DNA of 63,847 nucleotides, filler included, from Olpidium bornovanus S191 (Eukaryota; Fungi; Olpidiomycota), in NCBI GenBank assembly GCA_017911155.1. It is 31 parts of 31 records of this genome, joined end to end, with 100 filler letters (N's around TTAATTAATTAA, not from the genome) between each part and the next. Parts side by side here need not be neighbours in the genome. Positions count along the whole stretch, not along the records: positions 36,636 to 38,358 come from JAEFCI010004350.1; positions 38,459 to 40,096 come from JAEFCI010004512.1; positions 40,197 to 42,760 come from JAEFCI010003370.1; positions 42,861 to 44,313 come from JAEFCI010011831.1; positions 44,414 to 45,582 come from JAEFCI010000381.1; positions 45,683 to 46,820 come from JAEFCI010011672.1; positions 46,921 to 48,173 come from JAEFCI010004568.1; positions 48,274 to 50,692 come from JAEFCI010004648.1; 23 more parts are not named here. One strand, written 5' to 3'. Positions 36,636-49,175 of the stretch are shown in pieces (the stretch's first letter is position 1; the number at the start of each line of letters is the position of its first letter). Position numbers and translations under genes: made by a program. The notes under the pieces were generated by a model. The model was given only the letters and a program-made list of their open reading frames with translations. It was not told the DNA's origin and ran no database searches.

Positions 36636-38358
36636 AAGCCAGGGCGCCTTCGACAACGAGACTGGGAGGTCTACGGAGTCCCTCGCCGGGGCGTTCGGCG
36701 AACCACCGCCGCGTGCCGGGAGGCCATCGGAAATGGTCAAGGTCGGTGCGAGCATGCCAGGAAATCCCGCAGACGACAGTTTAGGTATAGCTGATGGGCG
36801 CCTTTCGTGGAATCAAGAGGCAATCAAGAAGTGGTGGTTCTCAACTTTTTATGATCCCCTGGGTCCGCCCTCTCCTCAGCCAGGGCGGCATCGGAGAAGC
36901 TGGCGATCGAAAGGCACGATGAAGCCATTTCAGAACGGGAATCTCGGATATCTCGGTGTGAGCCGCCCAAGAGGCGGCGGACCGTCCTCACGGTGCCGAT
37001 CTCTCGTTCGTTGCCGCTGCCCGCCTACTGACTGCTGCCGTGTCCCATCCCATCCTCGTCAGCGACAGAAGCAAGAGCTTCCCCGACGCCTCGACGAGTG
37101 CTCCGGAACATCACTCCCGGCGGCAGTCCCGCAGCAGGCAGATATCGATCGCAACCAGATATTGCGGGCTCTGAGGACGAACACGACGACAGCCGAAAGC
37201 GGCGGGGAAGTCCAATCCGAGCTATAACGGCGGCGGGGGCTGCTGGAGGAAAAGGGTCGGCGCCGTTTGTGCCTGTCGCCGGAGAGCGGCCGCTCGGCCT
37301 GGACATCTCGGCTTTCGCGCAGGTGGGTTCGCATCCCGCGCCGGGAACTTCCCGGGCTCAATCTAAGATTATTTTTTTTTTCCGTTTTCTTTTCGTACCG
37401 ATAAATCCCGTCCGGCAACGAAACGCGGGCCGGACTATCCTTACCGCCAGCGCCCGAAAGCGGAGCTACAGACGCGAACAAACCCGACTTCGTCGTGGAC
37501 GGCGGGAGGAGGCGCGGCCCCGTTATCGGCGGGCACGCAAGAAGAATTATTAGAGGCGCTTTCGTCTGGCCACTACACCATGGTCGGGGTGCTGAATCAG
37601 AAACTGGACACCATCCGCTCCGTTCGGGCCGTCTGGGAGGAGTCGGACCCGCGGCTCGCGCTCGAGCGCCTGCGCGCCGCCAACGACAGCTGCGTGTCGG
37701 CCGACGTGCTCAAGGTCATCAATTCAGGGGGCGGCCGCAGAGGGCTCAATCTCGACGTCGTGGGTGTCCTGTGCTGCATCATACGGGAGATGCTCTTCGA
37801 GGTGTTTGAGGAGTAAGTTTTCCGACGTGATCAAGCGTGCCCGGGGGCGCGAGGAACTGACGTCGTACCGTTCCGGGGCGGGTCGGTCGGGATCCGCGGG
37901 ACACTTGCGCCCGTAATTTCGCCCGCGTTTTTACGCGGAACGTCAAGCCACATCACCACGGCCTGCGAGACGTTGAGGTTGCTCCTCAAGGCTTTCGGAA
38001 GCGTCATCGCCAGCAACCTCGCCCCGCAGCCGTACGCGGGCGTGGACATTTCCAAGGAAGAACGGTGTGAGCGACTTCCGTTTCGCGACCCCTTCATCCA
38101 ACGGGGGTAGCTTCTTTATCGTTTTCTCCGACGCCCCCCCCACGTCTCCTAAGAGCGCGGAATTTCGTCCGCCGCTCCGTACCGCCTTGGAATAACCCGA
38201 GCTTTTAACCGAGCGGTTCCGCAGAATACGCAAGTGCCGCGACGCGTCGCGCGACCTGGCAGAAACTCGCGACCTGCTCCTCGAGCTGCGGGGCGCTCCC
38301 GGCCGGCTGGGGACGCTGGTCTGCGACGTCCTGACGGAGTACCAGGTTTTGGGCATGT
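36636..38358 (+). CDS. KATNB1: Katanin p80 subunit (KATNB1) C-terminal con80 region; 5' part missing
   Basis: LSSGHYTMVGVLNQKLDTIRSVRAVW...DSCVSADVLKVI...LNLDVVGVL / ITTACETLRLLLKAFGSVI...GVDISKEER / KCRDA. Confidence 0.85.
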
Positions 38359-39019
38359 NNNNNNNNNNNNNNNNNNNNNNNNNNNNNNNNNNNNNNNNNN
38401 NNTTAATTAATTAANNNNNNNNNNNNNNNNNNNNNNNNNNNNNNNNNNNNNNNNNNNNTCCCCCCCCCCCCGGGGGCCCGGGGGGGGGGGGGGGGGGTGG
38501 GGGGGCCGGGGGGGGGGGGGGGGGGGGGGGGGGGGTCATTTGAGGGTTGTGTCAGATTCCCGTCGACCGCAGGACGGGGTAAATCCTGTTGTGCACGTAA
38601 ATTACTGTTTACCGGGCTTCGGCCCATAAGTTTGCGCGTACATTTGACGGTTGTGGGAGGGTAGCTCTGTGCGCGCTCAGCAACGGTTTCTGTGGAGGTT
38701 GTTCCGCAACGCCCCGTTCCGTTGAGCGGTTTCCCGGATGGCGAGTCGCCGGGGAGAATTTCCGAGGAGAGAGGGTAAAAAGGTGCATCTTGAATAAACT
38801 CGGAGAGGTGTGGTCCAGCAACCTCGGCCGCAGCAGAAGAACGCGAACTTTTTTTCCGCCGGCAAGTCGTTTCCGCGCAGGGCGGGTATAGTTCGGCCTT
38901 GCGATGTGTGACTGTGTGATTTCCGCATCGGGCGTTTGGCACAAAATAAAACCTTCGCCGCAGTGACGTGAGCAGGCGCTCCAGAGAAAAAAGCGATTTT
39001 TATTTTTGCGTTTTGTTTC

Positions 39020-39210
39020 ATCCTGAGGGAGACACGGGCTGAGCCCTGAAGAACGTAGACGGTTTTTCGAGGTACGGAGGAGCTCTGTTCTGCCGGGGCT
39101 GTATTTTCCGCCGGCTTTTGTTTACTCTAGGGAAAGGGGAACTACGGTCCAGGGGCGGAGAGGGCACAGTGCCCCTTTACTATGCCTCCCCCTTTCCAAC
39201 ACCCCGCCTC
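39020..39210 (-). mobile_element. Probable copia polypurine tract and start of the 3' LTR
   Basis: GAGGCGGGG (39202-39210) immediately followed by TGTTGG at 39201, about 120 nt after the RNase H stop; the distal LTR end is not defined. Confidence 0.6.
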
Positions 39211-39319
39211 ACTGGGCACACTATCGCCCATGGTCATCTATAAATTCTATAAATCGCCCCAAAGTGCCTTTGGTACCGTAATCTTGAGGCGGTTTCTCGT
39301 TTGCGCTTCCAGAGGTGAT

Positions 39320-40096
39320 TCACCCAATACTTGCCCGCATACCGATTTGATCGCGAAATTTTGCGAACTTCCAGCGGTCCAATGGTTTGGTGAAGATATC
39401 AGCCAGGTTTTCGGCCGTTCCAACGCGGCAGATCCTGATGCTCCCTTCCGTCGTACACCAGCGGAGATGGTCAAAGCGAATGTCTATGTGTTTGGACCTT
39501 TTGGATATCTTGTGGTCTGAGGCCAACTCAGCCGCACCGGTGATCATCAGCCTGGTGGGCCCGACCACCACCTGCGGATCGATTGCCTCGAGGAGGGAGC
39601 GAAGCCATTTGACCTCCTGTGCCGCTGCCGACCCGGCGACAAACTCGGCTTCGCAAGAGGAGGTGGAGACGCATTTTTGCCGTGCGGATCTCCACGATAC
39701 CGCGCCTCCCGCGAGTTGGATTATTATCCCGGTCGTGGATGCCCTCGTAATGCGACATCCCGCCCAGTCTGAATCGCTGAATGCTGCGAGTTCATCGTCG
39801 CCCGAGTCCGGTCCATTGAACCACAGGCCGAGAACCATGGTTCAAGCGAGGTAACGCATAACTCGTTTAATCGCTCCCCAGTGCCTTCCGGTCGGCGCAC
39901 TCATGAAGTGTGCCAGGAAAGACGTGGCGAATGCCAGATCGGGTCTTGTCATGGTCGACAGCCACATCAATGATCCGATGACTTCCGCAGCCCTTTTCAA
40001 TCTTCAGGTCCCGGCTCGATCTGTATTCTGCAGTCAGTGCCTCCAGCGTGCCAGCTTCCACGGGGGTGGCAACTGGCCGGGCATCAAGCATCCCAA
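39320..40096 (-). mobile_element. Ty1/copia RT C-terminus plus RNase H
   Basis: LAAFSDSDWAGCRITRASTTG...GAVSWRSARQKCVSTSSCEAEFVA...SKHIDIRFDHLR...ENLADIFTKPL; upstream PVATPVE and TRPDLAFATSFLA in shifted frames. Confidence 0.95.
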
Positions 40097-40279
40097 NNNN
40101 NNNNNNNNNNNNNNNNNNNNNNNNNNNNNNNNNNNNNNNNTTAATTAATTAANNNNNNNNNNNNNNNNNNNNNNNNNNNNNNNNNNNNNNNNNNNNCATG
40201 CTAATGAATTCCTGATCGTTCAGAACGCAAGTTATTTTTTTGTCGACGGTCCTGAAAAGCGCGCCTGTTTTTTCTCGAA

Positions 40280-41000
40280 ATCGCCCTTGCGCTTGGTTTT
40301 CCCGAGGGTGTCAACACGTTTGTTACCCTACTGCCCCACACAAACCTTCACACGCTTCAATGGCTCCCTTTTTCATCAACCGCGCTTTTCGCGATTGCTT
40401 TCGTATCCCGATTCAACCTTTTCGTTTTTCGTCGCTCGCTCATCAAAACTACGTTTCTCCTGCTGCCTGCACCGCTGCCGCTTTGGGTCGTACTGCGGCC
40501 ACCCTCCGTGCAACAAATTGCCGCTCTTGCCGCCGGAGTTCCCGCACCGATCGATCCTCCCACTGATCCCGACTCGCCTTTTCACGCCCTTTGCGTCGAA
40601 CATTTTCCCTTTCGATGCCTCATGGGTCACTGTCCAAGGCGAACTGAACCGCCTGATTGACCTCGCAACGGGTCGCCTCTCGGTCTCCGGTTGTCCAACC
40701 CGCTGCGCTTCTTTGACACCGGTAGTACCCAAACGTCCATCGACTAAGACTTTGTCTGTCGGGCGTTCCCGAACCGCCGCATCGATGCTTCGCCGCACTC
40801 GCATACGGGGTTACGATGTGAGAGGTTCGGTTTTGTTACCGCTCACCGTCCCTGGCGTCACGTGGCACCAACGCTTCATCGTCATCATTAAACCCCACGT
40901 GCCGCTGTGATTGGTCTTGATACCATGGCCGCACGCCATATTGCTCTCAACCTCCCTGGGAACCAACCGCTGACGATGACCGTTTCAAACGCCACAGGCA
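40280..41000 (+). pseudogene. Degenerate retrotransposon gag zinc-knuckle / aspartic protease relic
   Basis: SYCGH...NC-like remnant; VTVQGELNRLID (decayed catalytic strand); RIRGYDVRGSVLLPLTVPG...FIV then, after a frameshift, IGLDTMAARHIALNL (protease LG.D motif). Confidence 0.5.
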
Positions 41001-41614
41001 ATCCTGCCATCGATATCCTGCCTTTACACCCCTTACCGATCAGGATGATGCTCCAGCTCCACTGTCCTGCGTGCTTCGTCCTTCGCATGACGTAATTATC
41101 CCACCGTTTTGCGAAGCTGCCGTTCTCACTCGCGGTGCAACATTGCATGGTGTTGGCATTCAAGTGATGCGGATTTGTGTAGCAACGCTTCCCGCTGACC
41201 TGCACCCCTATGGGGTCGGAGCTGCGCTTTACAAACCGCACTCTCACCACATTCCAGAATCCACATCGTCCTCGCAAACAAAACAATGAACCCAGCTCTC
41301 CCTTCGGCGTGGCACTCTGGTTGCCCGCTTCAAATCATTCTTTCCTGATTATTGCGACTGCGCCGATCTCGTGCTCCCTGTCACGCCACCCACCACAGAC
41401 GAATTGAACGCGAAGACGCTTGAGGAAATCGCGGGTGACGCTCTCCGCGACCCTGTCATCATCTATTCAGGAATGAAGCAGAGGCGTAGTGAAATGACAT
41501 GAAGTGCGGATAATTTATCTTTTTTATTTTTTATTTTTTATTTTTTGTTTTGCCGCCGCCGCCCTCAAAGACACGCGTCATTAGTGGGAGGAAAGCCCCA
41601 CCGGACGCGGGGAA

Positions 41615-41650
<36 letters not shown>

Positions 41651-41866
41651 TGCCTGAGGGGCATCGCGCGCCCTGCGCGGTCCTGCCAGTTGTTTGCCCT
41701 GCGCGCCACGCAACGGACGTCGTTTGTCAGGCGGTGCTCCAACCCAGATCTTTCACCGGGCCGCTCGCGCGAAACGGCAAAAAAATAAAGGGGTTCCGCG
41801 CGCGCGGTTCCAATCGACCTCCCATCTCATCCTGGGGGCGAACAAACTAGGAGATATCCGGAAGTC

Positions 41867-42760
41867 ATGGATCAGTCGACCAAACGGCGTCAGAACGCAG
41901 CGTCGCTGGACGGGAACAGCGGCGGCTTCGCGGGAAGAGGCAGCGGCGGGGTGGGCAGGCCTTCCATTACGGGCGGCGCGCCGCAGAGGATTTCGCTAGG
42001 ACCCGCGAGGGTGTCCCTCCGAGGAGGTCTGGGCGCTCCGTTCGCCGGCGACGCGTACGGCGGGATGGCTGGTGCCGCGGCCAGCATGGCCACGCCGGCT
42101 ATAGCTCCCGGGAAGAGGCAGTCCCAGCTCGCCTCGGTCAGCAGGTGGCGTGGACCGCTCGTGAAAGGCGAAACTTGCGGCCTTCGGGGGCGTTTTTTTT
42201 TTATTTTTTATGTCCGCTGACATTGATCCCGGGGGGTTTTTTCCCCCATTGTTTTCTTCGTTCGCGGTGCTCACACAGACGTTCGAGCGTTAACATGTCT
42301 CGTGCTTCGATCACCGGCGTCCGCGGCACGGCAGTTGACCAGATCAAGGACCCGCGGCCACTCCGCGACAAAGCTTGGCAGCAGAACACGAACAAGAACA
42401 TCGTCGATTACCTGACCAACGCCGGCTACAGCTTGCCCTTAAGCACGAAGACGCTGCAGATGCCGACGTCCAAGGATTTCCAAACAATATTTAAGTTTTT
42501 GTGCGCGAAGATCGACCCGAATTTCGTGTTCCAGAAGAAATTCGAGGAGGAGGTCCCCGTCGTGCTTAAAGCGCTGAAGTTAGTATCTCACCTGGGCATC
42601 CCTGCTTCAGCCCTTGGCACTTCCCTTTCTCCGAGTAATCCATGCTCCGGAGGAGAAAGCAACGACACTAAAATGGCATCTTTGCCTTTGTAGATATCCT
42701 TTTGTGGAGCAGATCAGCAAATCGCAGCTGTATGCGGTGGGCTCGATGCATTCCTGGCCG
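41867..42760 (+). CDS. NDC80: Kinetochore protein Ndc80/Hec1, N-terminal CH domain, 3'-truncated
   Basis: KDPRPLRDKAWQ...PTSKDFQTIFKFL...IDPNFVFQKKFEEEVPVVLKALK / YPFVEQISKSQLYAVGSMHSWP. Confidence 0.97.
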
Positions 42761-42903
42761 NNNNNNNNNNNNNNNNNNNNNNNNNNNNNNNNNNNNNNNN
42801 NNNNTTAATTAATTAANNNNNNNNNNNNNNNNNNNNNNNNNNNNNNNNNNNNNNNNNNNNAAAAAAAAAAAAGAGGGGGGGGTGGGGGGGGGGGGGGGGG
42901 AGG

Positions 42904-42949
<46 letters not shown>

Positions 42950-42952
42950 GGG

Positions 42953-44313
42953 TCACCCTTTCAGCCCGGCGGCTACCGCCACAACGTCAGCACCACGATG
43001 GAAACCGGCGTCTATGAAGCGTTGCGTCATACCGAGCAGCCCCGGTTTATCCAGCTCTTCGCCGAACTCCTCGTCCGTATAGAGCTTGGCCTGGGCGATC
43101 CAGCGGGCGGTTGCGGTCATCAGTCGATCTGAAACGCGAGCGACCTTTTCCTGATTCACGACATTTTTTTTTTCGCTCCGTCGCAGGCACCAGCGGTATC
43201 CGACAGGAGTCCCGCAGCACGACACTGACGATGATCTCCTGCTTTGCCCCTCCGGCGGCCATGTCTGCTGGGTGAGCCGGCGTGACCGGTTGTAGAAAGC
43301 GGTCGGGTATGTGATGGTGATGGGGGGTCGCGTCAGCCAAGCGCGGACAAATCCGAGGTCGGAATGAATTTTGGATTTCGAGCCCACACGAGTTTTCCAA
43401 GTCACGTGATAGAGCCCATTTCCCGCACCGTCCACAGGCGCCCTCTCTCTCGCTGTCTTTCCTAACCGTTTTAGGCCCTCCTGTACTGCCTGTTCTTACA
43501 CGCTTCTGAAGAGGTATCCTGCGGGGACAAGGTTTTTTCATTTTATTCAAGGTCTATCCGAAATGCTGATGCAAACTTTGTAGCAAATGTCCAAAAAATC
43601 ATGATGGATGCGAGAAATGCGATTCAAGACCCTTTAACCAATGACAGGACTATTACTTTCGCCGTCGGTAACCTCTTATCCGTTTTCCACCTGTGTAATA
43701 GCCCTGAACTTCACTGTTTCTCTGCGTGGTATAGCGTTGGCATTATAGATACATGATGACAAATAATTTTATTTGCAGTTACTTTGTTTTTTCCCTACAA
43801 GGATACTATTTTGCTGGCTCAGCACCCGACGAATTCCTACAACAACAAATTTATTCGAAAGCGTGTTAAGGAGTTTTTCAATTGCTTGAAAGCGCTTACG
43901 AATAGTAAAATTATATAGTTTGGAAGGGAACATAATTCTCTTTCTTGGTGGGAAAGTCAAAATTTAGCCGGCTCTGCAGGACAGAGACCGCTGCCCAGGG
44001 AGCATTACGTGGAGATGTTTTGACAAGCTCCGCTTTGTTTTTTTAGGGGGAAAAACGCCCTTTTAAGGTAAAAAAACCTTGAAGGGAAAAAAAACTCTTC
44101 TGGTGGAAGGGAGTTGCGGAATTGGAGTAGATAGCAAAGTGCTTCCAAATTTGCTCGAGAAAGGCTGTTGCATTGTGCAAGTGGTCTCTTTTAAGGAAAC
44201 TTGAACGCGTGGCGTCCAATGGACTGCCTAGCGCCTCAAACACCAGCTTCGAGAGGAACCACTGGTAAGGACTGGTGAGGGGGGATTGATGTGCGAAGGA
44301 TCCACCGACCATG
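42953..44313 (-). CDS. Unidentified spliced gene, C-terminal fragment
   Basis: Protein-like exon segments (YQWFLSKLVFEALGSPLDATR; DRLMTATARWIAQAKLYTDEEF...QRFIDAGFH) separated by intron-like runs; family not recognised. Confidence 0.4.
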
Positions 44314-44414
44314 NNNNNNNNNNNNNNNNNNNNNNNNNNNNNNNNNNNNNNNNNNNNTTAATTAATTAANNNNNNNNNNNNNNNNNNNNNNNNNNNNNNN
44401 NNNNNNNNNNNNNC

Positions 44415-44987
44415 ATGGATTTCTGCGCAGGCAATGCGTGTCTCCCCCACTTGCCGGCGTCTGACTCGCTGCCGAAAAGTCCGACATTGTCCGACGCTTC
44501 TTCCGGCGAAGACCAGAAGGCTTCGCAGATCCCGCTGAAGCTGGTGAGCGAGCAGGTAAGGTGCCGCCTCCACCACCAGCCGGGCGAGGAGTACGCCCTT
44601 TTCGAGAAGTACACAAATTGCGATTTGTTCGCCCCGCCTCCGCCGGCCGTCCCGGACTCGCGAGCCGGCAGAAGTTGCCCGACTCAGTTCTCGATCGATC
44701 AAGTCAACCGAGAGCGGGAACAGCTTAGCGCGATACAGACCTACGAGCTGGACAGCCTGACGGTGAGAAAACGGGTCAGCGGAAGCGCATTAAATCCCAC
44801 TCGCCCTATATTTTGCACTAACGGCGAAAACAGGCGTCCGATGTTGGGAGATCCGTGCTTCAAAAGCTCAACGTATTGGCACGCCTGGCGGCAAATATGT
44901 TCAAGGTCAGTTTTTGGGCTTTTCGGGGCGAAACTGCCCGATGATTGTGCAATTCTGAACTCCAGTTTTTTTGTTTTTTTTTTGTGT

Positions 44988-45034
<47 letters not shown>

Positions 45035-45582
45035 CGGGATGGGACGTAGGTTTCTGCCGCTGTTCTCGAACTGGTGCAAGAAGGCGAACTCCTACCTGTA
45101 GCGTACGCTCTCTCCTTGTTTGTCTTTTTCCCGCAACCTGCCGTTGATGACCCTGTTGTCGGACACCTCAGCTGTTTCGTCCACGCCCGTGATAATGGCC
45201 GTTCTGCAGTCCTGACCAAAAAATTGGCGGAATGCGCAGTCGGCCAAGCACTTCGATGGTTTGTCTTTTGTCCTTTTCATTGTTCGGCAGAGTTACAGTC
45301 ACTTTAGGACGTTTTGACACCGTAGTGGCGGCAACTAGCCTCCTCGAAGCGGACCACGAAAGCAATTTTTACCAGATCACCGACTCCACGGTCCAGTCGA
45401 CAATTGGAGACCGCCTGCCGGCAATCGCCAACGGAGCTGGCCACTGGTTTTTTGCCGCCTGCGCAATAAAGTCGCCGGAGAATTACACGATCGGATACCT
45501 GTGCCTTCTAAGCGAGATGCCCCGCGAAGAACTTACGCCGGAAGGAAGATTACGGTTTCGGCAACTGGCCGATACGGCCATG
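44415..45582 (+). CDS. GAF sensor-domain protein fragment (type seen in fungal hybrid histidine kinases)
   Basis: EREQLSAIQTYELDSL entry helix; WFFAACAIKSPENYTIGYLCLLSEMPREELTPEGRLRFRQLADTAM matches the GAF C-terminal pattern FxAxxPIxxxxGxxIGxLCxxxxxPRxxLT. Confidence 0.75.
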
Positions 45583-48273
45583 NNNNNNNNNNNNNNNNNN
45601 NNNNNNNNNNNNNNNNNNNNNNNNNNTTAATTAATTAANNNNNNNNNNNNNNNNNNNNNNNNNNNNNNNNNNNNNNNNNNNNCATGGCTGTCCCGTTCTC
45701 CTCGCGCTCGGTTCGCACTCTTTATTTCCTCTTTTTTGTTAACGGGTTTATTCGTTGCTTTGGTCGGATCGAATCGTTTTTAGGGGAAAAGAAAAGCGAT
45801 GGGGTTCGGGGTCGACGGCAAAAAGCTTGTTGAAGCGCTCGAAGGGTTCGAAAGCAAAGTCAACGCTGGGTTCGATAAACCGCTCGAAGGTCAAAATCGA
45901 AGCCAATAATCGAAACGAAAGGGGAGTCTAACCGCTTGTAGGATCCGACTTCGGTTTTTTTCGTGTGTTCCGATCGTGGGATACGTTGGGGGTGTGCGCG
46001 GAATCTGCGGGGGTCCAAAAAAATACGGGGGAAACAACTCACGACGCGTAATCTAACTAACTCATCTAAAAAGGGGAAAAAACGAGGGGGACACAAGCGC
46101 GCGTCGGCTTGACTAAATTTTCCGAGTCCCTCTTCAATCCGCTTCCCGCGCACCCGGCTCGCACGATATTGCATGTTCGATTTGCCCATTCGATGCGTCT
46201 GGTCGGTTTGCCCCGTTCGATTCGCCCGTTCGATACGCACAATTCTCCCCTTGTCCGTTTCCGTTTTCACAACGTCTTGGTCACCGCAGACCCCTTCAAG
46301 GGCGTTTGTCTCGCTCTTGCTCAGCGGCTTGGGCCTTGCGGCGCCGACGTCCGCATTCTCGAGGGCGCGTCTCTTGTCTTCCTGCGCTCGGCACAGTTGC
46401 AGTTTGGGTTCTTCGAACTTCTCTTGGCGTCGGCGTTCCTCTCGTTATCGTAAGGCTGCCGCAGAATGAGTTGACCGGCTTGACGTCGTGCTCCTGACAT
46501 TCTGTGCATCCTAGCCTGAGAGCGCGCTGGGCGGGTGTGTTGCAGGCTGTGTCGTGGATCCGACATGCATCTTCGTTGCCATTTGAGCTTGAGGTCAAAT
46601 GGCAACGAAGATCTCAACCCTCTATGGTTGGGCTTATAACCTTTCGCGAGTTTCCCCTTCTGGTGGGGGCCGCTCCGCGAGACACTGAGTTCCCATGGCG
46701 AGCCATAGATAGAGATAGATAAACACCCTTACGGGCTATTGTATTAGCCAGTGAGCTAGCGCCCTGCAGTAGCAGGGCGGACCCAGTGGGTCCCTCGGGG
46801 CTGTGTTGGCCCCGGGGCGGNNNNNNNNNNNNNNNNNNNNNNNNNNNNNNNNNNNNNNNNNNNNTTAATTAATTAANNNNNNNNNNNNNNNNNNNNNNNN
46901 NNNNNNNNNNNNNNNNNNNNAAATGATCGAGGTAGGGGTGCGCAGAACGAAATTAAAAAGGGCCTCAATCGAATGAAGCACCCTCTGCCAACGACCCCAT
47001 CGACGGCCGAGCTCAAACCGTGTGGCCGATGAGTTCCCATGCGAAAACGGAGATTGTGCTGCGATACCCGTCCGTAGAGGGGTGCGCACGATCAAAAATG
47101 ATGCCGGTTGATGGCACGCCGGCATGGTGCAGGAGCGCACTGACGGCCCTTCAGCTGGCTCTCTCAGCTGGAACGGTGAACGAAAATGGCTTCCCCAGAG
47201 ATGGGGCAACGTCCGACACCGTCCTCCGCGAGGTTCATCGCTTCCGCAGCGGCAGCGCGCGCGCGTCGAAACGTTTCGCGTTTATGTTCGTACTCGGGAT
47301 GCGGCATGTCCTGCGAAACGGCACGATCCCGGCCAGGGCGTCAGCGGGCGCCGGGCAGACCCGTTCGGCTGTTTCGTCGACAGCATTCCACTTTGGTCAG
47401 AGCGTCAATGACATCCGCTCAGGCTTCGCATGCGAGCCACAGCTTCAAGTCAACTGGCAACCCTTCTGTTCGCGAGAGGGGTAACTGGAATTTCCCGACT
47501 GAGACGTGGTCGCCGGGAAGCCAGAAAGATGTCCGCTTACAGAGGCAAACTCTAAACAACGCGGAATCTCATCCTCGTGCGAAAAAAAAGAGGCAACAGG
47601 GAATCCCCCGACTGAGGCGTAGTTGCCAAGGGATCCGCTGCCATGTCCGCTCACGAGCCCGGATGATGCCAAGCTACGACCACCGCAGCACTCGCCTTAA
47701 TCAATTGCGCTTCGCCGCTTTCGTGATCCGCGCGACACATTGGATCCATTCGTGGAGAGAGTACTCCCAAAGTGTGTCATGCGACTTGTTTGCTGTGACC
47801 CACTTCATGAAATCAGCCAATGACACGTCGCCGGACGTGAGGTGCAAATATTGGAGGACGACCGACAGACGCGTGCGGTACGCGGCCTTGTTCTGGTGTA
47901 TTCTGACGTCGAGAGGAGTCGGCGTCCAGAGAGTGAGCCGAAAACATGGGAGGAGCGCCGAAAGAACGGGGACAAAACCTGCGCACTTTCAACTCGGTGT
48001 TGGCCAGCGCAACGCGCGGAGAAGACCGTTCCATTTGTCCCTGCTGTGTGCACCTGCCGCTGTCGTCCGTCGTTCTGTTAGCGGGCAACTCTTTTGCGGC
48101 GGACGTGGTTGACGGCTTCGCTACGGGTGCAGATGGCGAGCAAACGACGACGACAACCACACTGAGGGACGTGNNNNNNNNNNNNNNNNNNNNNNNNNNN
48201 NNNNNNNNNNNNNNNNNTTAATTAATTAANNNNNNNNNNNNNNNNNNNNNNNNNNNNNNNNNNNNNNNNNNNN

Positions 48274-49175
48274 ATCTGCCGGCTCCTCGTAATCCTGATC
48301 TTCTACTGTACCCTCTTCTTCTTCGTCGTCCTCTCCATCCTCCTCTTCAGCTTCTTCGCTTTCTTTATCTTCTTCGTCGCCGCAAACGACATGGTCCATA
48401 TTATCCGCATTTTCAGTTTCGCCTTCGCTGTCACGAGAACCAAAGTCCCTTGCAGCCGACGCAGCACTGCCACGTGGAGCCGACAACGAAGCCTCAGAAG
48501 AAGCACGGGTCCGGTGCGAGTTGGCGTCTGCGCGTGCCAGGAGCTCGTGTAGGTATTCCGCCACTTCGGTCCCCCCCTCCTCCTCAGCGACATCCACTGC
48601 CTGTGCAAGAGACGGTGGAGAGAAAAAAAAATGGGATAAGAATAACGGCGGGAGCAGTTGAAACCGGTGACGTACCCCGCGGCGAGGCAGGCGCAATGTC
48701 CAAATTCCCTGTCCGAAAGCCCACCTGCTCTCCCCGCCCCAAAAACTTACCGTCCTCCCTTCCTCGTTCTCCAGTCCAGGGACGGCGCCGTGGGCGACCA
48801 GAATCTCGGCACACGCGCGCGTCTCGCACACGAAGAGGGGGGTGTCGCCGTCGAAATCGCGGATGTCTACGTCCGCTCCGTGCCGCAGGAGGAGCTCCGC
48901 CAGATCACGGTGGCCGTACGACACGGCGGCATGGCTGGAGCAAAGCGAAGTTGGTCCACCGCACGCTGTAAGGACAGGGACACGCAGGGCCCACAAAGGC
49001 AAAGACGCAGGAGATTGTTGCAGCAAAGAAAGCAGGAGGGGGAGGGTGGTACTCACAGGGCGCTGTAGCCAAACTCGTCCCGCGCGTTGACATCTACACC
49101 GCCCCTGTCAATCAACTCTCGTACCCGTTCAATGTCGCCGTCAGAAGCGGCGACCCAGATGTTCTTCTCTGGAGG
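48274..49175 (-). CDS. Small ankyrin-repeat protein with acidic C-terminal tail
   Basis: NIWVAASDGDIERVRELIDRGGVDVNARDEFGYSAL / HAAVSYGHRDLAELLLRHGADVDIRDFDGDTPLFVCE / AVDVAEEEGGTEVAEYL. Confidence 0.9.

Noticed and set aside
41059-41082. 20/24-nt match to the reverse complement of 54527-54550 (both encode CPACF)
   Set aside because: Too short, lies in different positions relative to the gag/protease relics, and I saw no flanking similarity.
43793-43808. Minus-strand GTATCCTTG resembling a U12 (minor) intron donor
   Set aside because: One mismatch to GTATCCTTT, no TCCTTAAC-type branch point nearby, and the gene model is unresolved.
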